Program-made: the position numbers and the translations under genes
From: Phoronis australis
Taxonomy: Eukaryota; Animalia; Phoronida
Direction of reading: 5' to 3'
Length of the DNA: 57,824 bases
NCBI GenBank assembly: GCA_002633005.1
Contig: NMRA01000071.1
Span: forward strand, 888,970 to 946,793
Shown: positions 13,101-22,100 of the stretch, piece after piece
Position numbering within the stretch: the first letter of the stretch is position 1
How the letters are laid out: every line of letters begins with the position of its first letter
Notes under the pieces: generated by a model
What the model was told of the DNA's origin: nothing
What the model saw: only the letters and a program-made list of their open reading frames with translations
Databases searched by the model: none

Positions 13101-16100
13101 AGCGAAAATGAATATCGAAACCGTCATCAAAAATGCTTTAGAGTTCATTTAGATCGGCCAACTTCGGAACTTGTGAATTTGAGTATGGCGCAGCTACTCC
13201 AGTTGACTTTACTTGGTAACGGAAATGAAACCCTATCACCGTAAGGACAATTCTGACATTGATTTGCAAAGCTTAATTCGATTTTCGTTTCTTTAGACAG
13301 CAAAAAGCGATATGCAGTTTTAAATAAGTTTAAAGTGAAGATGTTGTACGCTCATGACAATATTCTTGAGAAGCTAAACCGTGAGTGATATTTTGAGTCA
13401 CACTGAACTATGAACTGTGTCATGCAATGTTGCACAAGTGTTTCTTTGAATCATTTGATTGCTGTAGCCTGGGTATCCTGACCACCAATATAATTGTTAT
13501 GGTCAGAGTGTCCTGGTATCGCCAGTCTATACCTCACCGGTATATCGATCCAGTCATTCAATGTTAGAGTAATTATGTTTTGGCGACGTCTTGACATGAA
13601 CCAGAAGAGAACCTGGGACCACTTGCGTGTTGTAGATTGAATACTGGACTAGAAAACATACACGTAGAGGTCGAATATGGACGTTTTCAGTTGTACCCAG
13701 AATTTCTGCTACGCCAGTGCATAAGAGCTTTGTTATACAGTTTACATGTCACTATTTAGGAGAAATTTCTGTTTTAGATCGTCGTCGTAGGAGGAGTATT
13801 GATTTAACAGAGGTAAGTATTGATAAAAATGCTACAAGAATGTAATGAGTTTCAGGCTGCAACAACGTTCTATAGAAAGATTCATAGAATACTCGCACAG
13901 TCGCGCTATCTCCTTCACCCAATTTGAAAGATGGCGTGAATTCAACATCATTATTTGCGGTGAATAAATATCGTATTTAATTTTGAAAAATATCATTTAT
14001 TGTTCAACAACGCCATTGATACGTGTTGTTTTAAGATATAATTAGAGGAAGCGTTTTTACTCAAGAGCGATCTCATCAAACTTCTCATTTCACTTTGCAC
14101 AAGTGCCATTATCTACAGGATCAGTAGAGTGAACTTATCCGGCGAACATTTTTAACCGATATCAACAGGTATAAATTAACATGTTATATTAATTAAAACT
14201 AGAATTCTTGTGATTCCCTGCAACTGTTCTACTGTACGGGGCACATGTAAAATTTAATCGCTCTTTCTGCTTCGTCTATGGATGAAATTTGAAATTACAT
14301 GTAATATCTGTATTACACTCTGTCAACATGACAACAACTTTATTTTGGTAATCTATTAAAAGTGCTGGTTTAGGTGTAGTTTTGGCAGTGCAACAACTTA
14401 ACAGCAGACCCAATAGAATGATGCTAAATATGACATAAGTTACGAATCGTGATCAAAAGACACATATGAAGAACGTTCAATGTGTGTACAAGTAACCAAC
14501 AGGTTGTCAAATCATGCAGCACCCGCTTATTGTAATTTCCGAAAATTTTCATAATTGCAGGCAACTCAAATATTGCGGGACAAGCGAGATACCCTTACAA
14601 ATCAGGTATGTGCATGTTATTCTACAAGTATGTGTTGTAGAAAGTACCTGACGAATGCATGTCCAACATGTACGACAACGAAGACAGGCAATACGTTGCC
14701 ATAAAGGCCTATGGTTAAATATTTTTTAAAAAAAATGATGACATGTAACAGGCAAAACAAGCATGTCGGTCGACTGCAAGTTGATTTTCATGTAGCACAG
14801 TATAGATATGTCCAGTACAGATATGTCCAGTACAGATATGCCCAGTACAGATATGGCAAGTACAGATATGCCCAGTACAGATATGGCAAGTACAGATATG
14901 TCCACTACAGATATGCCCAGTACAGATATACCCAGTACAGATATGCTCAGTACAGATATGGCACGTACAGATATGCTCAGTACATATACATGTATGTCCA
15001 GTACAGATATGCTCAGTACATATACATGTATGTACAGTACAGATATGCCCAGTACAGATATAGCACGTTCAGATGTGCAGTATGCAAGTCGTACGTAATC
15101 ATTCTAATCTTCTGACAAATCTCCATCGGCTACTTTAAGGCATTGTGATTTTCCAAACTTATAAAAGTTTCAATAACGATTTTTCTTAATTGTGGAAACT
15201 GATTCCTAAAGAATTTCGCGCAGCTATATACATGTACATGTATGAATGTCTTGGGCCGACAACTGAGATACCGGATGTCTAAACGAAGACTTTAAAACAG
15301 AATTTAATTACTGATATTTATTTATTTTTGTTTGGGGAACTCGAAATATGACACACGAATCCTTGAGTGTTGACCATAAAATAGTTCAAACTTGAAGTTA
15401 CCAGCAGCTTAGGTTTTCTAGAAACCAGTGTTTACAGAACAAAAACATTTTTACTTGATTTATTACTTACAATTGTGCTGTGATTATACAATCATCAAAG
15501 AATCAGAAATTTTGCACGTATTTTCTGGGTGTAATTGCTCACGCATACGGTGGGTTATAATGGACAATTGCTCTTCTAAAACGGCAGTGTGAAAGTACAT
15601 GTACTTGACGAAGGATGACGATACTGTACATATCACTATCCTGTACTTTCGGCAGACAACGCCCAGCTACACCGACTACACACTTCGACGCAAGTACTCG
15701 CAGGAATATGCCAAACTTCCGCCACGTGATCGCGTGGCTTTGGCTCATCAAGAGGAGGACTTCATAGTTGGTTGTTCCTGGAATGGCGAAGATTGTGATA
15801 TGTCGTAAATATCTTTTGTTTTCGTTTCTGTATTCCTTTACTTGGTTTGGCGCGGAATTGCATACCCCAAAGACTAGTGTTAGCACGCACGTGTGCTTGT
15901 CATATTTGGCAAATATCTATGTCAGTGAGTTTTACATTATTTTCATTTTCATAAAGTAGCCTGGCACCAAAAACAATGTATTGCACATCAATTCAGCAGG
16001 AATAGTTCCATGACGCAACACTCCGTTCTTTTACCTGACACTGTGAGACATGTAAATGTGCAAGAATTAACCTGTGACGTCAAATTACAAATACAATTGT

Positions 16101-19100
16101 ATTCCACGTACGCCAATCTTGGTACACATCAGATTGATCGCCTGAGTTTCTAGTTTTCTTCAACAATACGCCAAAGAACGATGCGAAAGCCTCATGGGCA
16201 CATTAAATTATCGAACAAAACAGTTGTCTTGTATTCAAAATGGCTGACACTCTAGTATTTGCCGGTGAATTTCCTGCTAAGCGCGCAGCAAAATATTTGC
16301 TTTTTGGCGGTATATTGCGGACCACAAATTAAACGTTTTTTGATTGTGATGAAAGAGAACCTGTGCGGTGTACTGTAATTTTGAGTCGACAAATCGCTCC
16401 GGCTTTGAGATACAAAACTCGTTATCACTAAGATACCTTCTAGGAATGTCCCGATGTGTGAAGTAACTTTTTGGAATGTGAGCGCGATCTTAGCGCTCGA
16501 CGCGCCGAAATTTTTCTCGAACACTGTTTCCCAACACCAGACTAATAGCGTACCCGAAACCGAACCACAGGATTGTCCATGTTGTGTGTCAGTTCTGTCT
16601 GAATGGCCTTTTAAGACGCTGCAATTGGACTGGGGTACTCACCTAGTCATCCCTGGTGTCGGTCGCGGTAGAATATTTCGATGCAATCTTCAAAATTCCC
16701 GATTCAAAAATGTCCGCATCGCAACACAGTAATGCATGTAAAGGGATTCCAGAAAAACATGGTTTTATTTTCGGCTTCTCACACATCATACTGTCGGCCA
16801 TATTGAAATCCAAAATGGCATCCACATTAAGGGTCAAATCACGTGTTTCACAGGTTTTTGAAAGAGTGCAAAACTTACATCTGGCGTCAAATTTCCACAC
16901 TTTCTCCAAACAGTGAGGATTCTTACTTACCAGTCGTATAATGGCGTGCAGTCGAGTCCTTGTTTCAGTAATTTCCCATCACTAACCGCTGAAATGACAC
17001 CCACCTGGTCTTCTTCAATTACAGTTTGATTACAAGTGAAAAACCGGAAACGCATTATAATGCCTCCATAGGTTTCTAAACATCATTGCATTCATCCAAA
17101 TCACACCCATGTCAATACATAAGCGACTACGAAGTACAAGTGTAACCCCTATACCCGTTAAAATGTCCATTGATGCCCCTCCTCCGTCAGACGGCTCATG
17201 CCACTCGGAAGCTCTGTTTAAGTAAGTCGTCGTTTTATGTTTTATTCACAGTACCATCTACCAGTTCCAGACTTACAGACTTGGCAACTGTTTCACGTTT
17301 AACCATGGTCGACAGAACACGACCGTGAGGAAGATCAGCAAGTCAGGCCCAGACTACGGTAATGTTTAGTTAACTGAACAACATGAATGATAAAATTACT
17401 CTGTAAGACAGTCGCTGTGAAACTGTAACCTGTGTAGGTGACTACTTGTAGGGTAATATAACGCTGTGAGACTGTCTTGCGTAGGTGACTTTGTCTATGG
17501 TGACACTCTGATACATCGTACTGAATACATGTAAGTGACTAATGTGGGGCTATGTCCAGAGTAGGTGATTGCATTCATGGTAATACACGGTGACTACACA
17601 TAATGCATGCATGGTGATGTGACGATGTGAGGCTTTGCCCAGTGTTGGCGTCTGCATCCATGGTAATATAACGCTGTGAGGCTATATACTGCGCAGGCGA
17701 CTATATGTGCAATATATCGCTGTGATTCTATATACTGCGCAGGTGACTGTATATGCAATATATCGCTGTGAATCTATATACTGCGCAGGTGACTGTATAT
17801 GCAATATATCGCTGTGAATCTATATACTGCGCAGGTGACTGTATATGCAATAAATCGCTGTGTGTCTACATGTATATACTGCGCAGGTGACTGTATATGC
17901 AATATATCGCTGTGAATCTATATACTGCGCCGGTGACTGTATGTGCAATATATCGTTGTGAATCTATATACTGGGCAGGTGACTGTATATGCAATATATA
18001 GCTGTGAGTCTACGGTATATACTGGGCAGGTGACTGTATATGCAATAAATCGCTGTAAGTCTTTAAACTGCGCAGGTGACTGTATATGCAATATGTCGTT
18101 GTGAATCTACATGTATATACTGGGCAGGTGACTGTATATGCAATATATCGTTGTGAATCTACATGTATATACTGGGCAGGTGACTGTATACGCAATATAT
18201 CGTTGTGAATCTACATGTATATACTGGGCAGGTGACTGTATACGCAATATATCGTTGTGAATCTACATGTATATACTGCGCAGGTGACTGTACATGTATG
18301 TGCAATACTGATATCGCCGAGACAATGTATTGCGTAGGTAACTTTTTGTACGGTACAATACATGTAGCACTGTAATACTTAGTAGTTGCTCGAAGATGAC
18401 TACTTTTATGTTAAAAATTGGTCCAAAATAGTCCAGTCTGCTGTTATTGAACAACTAAATCCTCCCACACTTACAAAATTAACTGCCTACGATCCTGGCA
18501 CGCGTGCATGCAGCTGTCATTTAGTTGAAGCTGGCGCCACAGTTTGACGTGCTTTGAGAAATGACTACAAGTTTATAACGAGAAAGGCGAGATCACTCAA
18601 ATCGTTTTGTACTTTGATCGAGCAAGACACTCGCGAAAAAGAAAAATCGCGAGAGAGAAAATGCTCTGGACCTTATTGGAGTAATGTGGCAAAATATCAG
18701 CCATTTAAATGATAGTTTTTGACTGTAATTTTAAATTGTGGATGATAGTCACTGTTTTATACCCATAAGCGAAGATGACTTGCCTCAGATTATTGGTTTG
18801 CTTCAACTGATCACCGTCCTGTTGTCCTCTAGGGCTTACATTGACTCTCAACATTGAACAGTACGAGTATGTGCCATCCATCACGGACACGGCAGGGATA
18901 CGTGTAGTGATACATTCTAAGGATGTCATGCCCTATCCAGCTAATGACGGAATAACTATTGCGCCGGGATTTGCGTCGAATGTAGGCATTAAACGAGTAA
19001 GTACAGTAGTAAGCATTACACGCATAAAATGCTGTTTTTTGTCACCTTATCGGTTTTAAAATGAATCGATGCTCACATTATCAGTGTTTTTGTTTGCTGT

Positions 19101-22100
19101 TTTGTTTTTTGTAATTAGATATGTCCCATTGTAAGTCTTTCATTGCTCCCTTTAATCATATTTAATTACATATAGTGGCGCAATGGCCAATCTCACAGCA
19201 AAGAGATCCTGATTAAACAACGTTATAAGAAGTAAAAAGAACTTCGTGTTTTTATTAACTATTCAATTACGACTGCAGGTTAGAAACGTTATAGGCAAAT
19301 TTATGTATTTAGTAAATTAGAAACAAAACTATCCATTATCATTTAGGAAAAGTAGAAAACTTGTAAAACCTTTTAAAAACTTTAAAGCATTCTGCCATTA
19401 ATTGAGTGTGACCAATGCCTTTTAAGGAACGTGTAGCAAGACATAAAGATCTGTTCACAACAAAACGACAGTATCAATAACATGATCAAGTTACATGTCA
19501 CAACTGAGATCTCCAAAACGCTGTTACAATTTTCAAAATTATTTACTTTTAATTATGTGCAACTCACCAGCCCCTTTAATGCAATAATGGAACATTTTCA
19601 AACAATTACTTTGATCAGAACGTACATGTATTGTAGAAATACAATGCCGACCAGTCTTTTCTGAAGTGTGATATTCTGAAGCTAAGTTTGAGCATTCTTC
19701 TGAGGTCCTACATTAACTAAGACTATCAACGTTCTAGATGTTCTGACATTGCACTGTTTCAGAGGGTAATTATCAGAAAGCCCGATCCTTACGGTAACTG
19801 CACCAGGCCAGAAGACGCCCTCTACAAGCCCAAATCCTACGGTTATTCTGTCAAGGTAAGAACTGCTCCCTACTGCATCGTTTTTTGTATTATAAAAATG
19901 CGATTTCTATCAAAAAAGAAAAGTTTCCTGGACCTTTCAAATCAATCCCTGAAATTTAAACATGTCATCTAAGTGTGCGCTTGATTTCAAAAACGTAATG
20001 CAAATAATAATACGGCTTCGGAAATCAGCTCATGAAGTTGTCATTCAAATTCGATTTCATAAAGAGAAAACGACCGTGTGGATGGGTTGTACATGTAACT
20101 ACACTGAAAGGCAGAGCATCTTCATAGTTGTTTCTAATACAAGCATGTTTTCGTTTGAAGGCTTGCTTAATGGATTGCCTCCAACGTTCGGTGAAGGAGC
20201 ATTGTGGGTGTCGCTATCCGTCACTGCTGTCTGATGAAGAAGTTACCCGGATGTGTGATGACATGCCTGGAGCTCATGACGGTAACTGTTGTTTATTAAT
20301 TTGAACATTGAAATGCTTCCACGTTTAAACTGCACTGCTGTAATCTCCGAGCCCACACTCGCATTACGCTCAGACTCCAAACCTACATGTACCGCGCCGC
20401 ATGCCAGAGTACACATTTCTAAGTTTGCTTCAAGCGTAAATGCAACCAATCACTTTTCGAGTACGGAAATTATTTCCTGAACGGAACTATTATCCTTGGG
20501 GGAGGGAAGGGGCTGTTACCAAAAACTCGTGTACTGTATGTGTATTCCAATAATTGACTAATTGAAGCGAAACTGCAAATGATTTTTTCAGATGAGAATT
20601 GACCCCTGCACATGCTCCACGGGAGTAGCACTTGTCGTTCACCTACTATTTGAAATAGAACATAAATAATAATAATAATAATAATAATATAAATAAATAT
20701 ATATCTTCACTTATAGAGGATAAAAAACAGACCGTGTGAAACTTATCTACCACATGGTTCTCGAAATTACAATAAATAGATAAAAAAATAAATAAATAAG
20801 ATGAACAATGATATGTACAGATGAATGAAAAATGAAATAAACAAGTTAATTAATATATACAATTTTTGACATGCATGCAGATATACAGTTAATTAGATAA
20901 TAAAAAAGTTATTAAGTTACTTCTAAATGCACGTTTAACAGTAATTGATTTGATACCTAATGGTAAACCATTCCAGGCAATCACTCTTTCCAACGAAGAA
21001 AACGAAGAGACAGTTGTTTTTATTGTCTACCGCCTTTGCACATCCGCTTTGCACAACAGGTTGTAATTTGTGTAAAATTGTGTATTGGTTGTACTATGAC
21101 ATTCTACAAATTACTTTGGAATTCCTGCAATAAAACATTACCATATCCTGGTACATGTACTCAGATTTTGGTCTATCTTTATGAAAGATTTGGGACAACA
21201 TTATATAACTTGTAACGACGTCACGTGCATTGAGATAATATCTTATGTTTCAGAGCTTTGCTTCCAAAGAATTCACAAGAAATACATTGAGGACACTCTA
21301 GGCTGCTATTGCCCGGAAGCATGCGAGTAAGTAAGCAAAAGATAAAAGTAAATTTAACCTTCTTGCGCGCCATAATTTGGTCACATCACGTTAGTCTGAA
21401 CTTGCTGATTTCTAAGAACACAATTATGAACTGAAGATAGTTAACTGGGCTAATGTACAACGCAATATGTAGTACCCTTAGCCACAAACATAGTGATACA
21501 TAATTTGATAAATAGCTCTTTTAAGTATCTAAGTACATTGTTTGGAAGTCTAACCGATTTCGTAAGTACACTGTAGGATCTATATAACATGTCAATGAAT
21601 TGGGGGTAAATATTGCAGTTTGTTTTCTTTGCAGATTTTGAGAAAACCTAATGGTTGAATTTTTCAAAGTGGCCGACAGTCAGATGGAAGGGAGATAAAT
21701 CTGCGTTTTGAGAAAGTCCAACTCATTCATAATGCCCCTATCGTAGATTGTTCCATATTGAGTCTCCTTAATAAATCGTCGGCATTACAGTAACGTGCCC
21801 AAGGGTGGCCTTTGAGTGCCGTCGTCTGTTCATTTCATTTCATTTCAACAGGTATCTTAGCGTACATAAATGACAAAACTTTCGCCTGTCTGTTTTAGGG
21901 ACGTCTCATATCAGATGGAGGTGTCTACTGCAAAGTGGCCTGCCGTGAATAATAGGGTAGATGTCTTGTTTATTGCAACACCCTTTTAACCTATTATTTT
22001 AAGCTCAGTTCCATAATAACACACACTACTCGTATGAAGGCCTCGTCTTCACTTTACGATATGTACATTAATACTTGGAGACTCAAAGGGAAAAGTGTAA

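Noticed and set aside
14120-14168. Possible additional channel micro-exon (ctacag ... acag/gtata)
   Set aside because: It has a stop in the required phase 0, and its length would shift the frame.
14711-15115. ORFs with QYRYA and STDM repeats that resemble a neuropeptide precursor or mucin
   Set aside because: They are translations of an intronic 15-bp minisatellite that is open in two frames, with no signal peptide or convincing splice sites.
17680-18310. Regular repeat array superficially like CRISPR
   Set aside because: Units are contiguous with no unique spacers, the context is a eukaryotic intron, and there are no cas genes.
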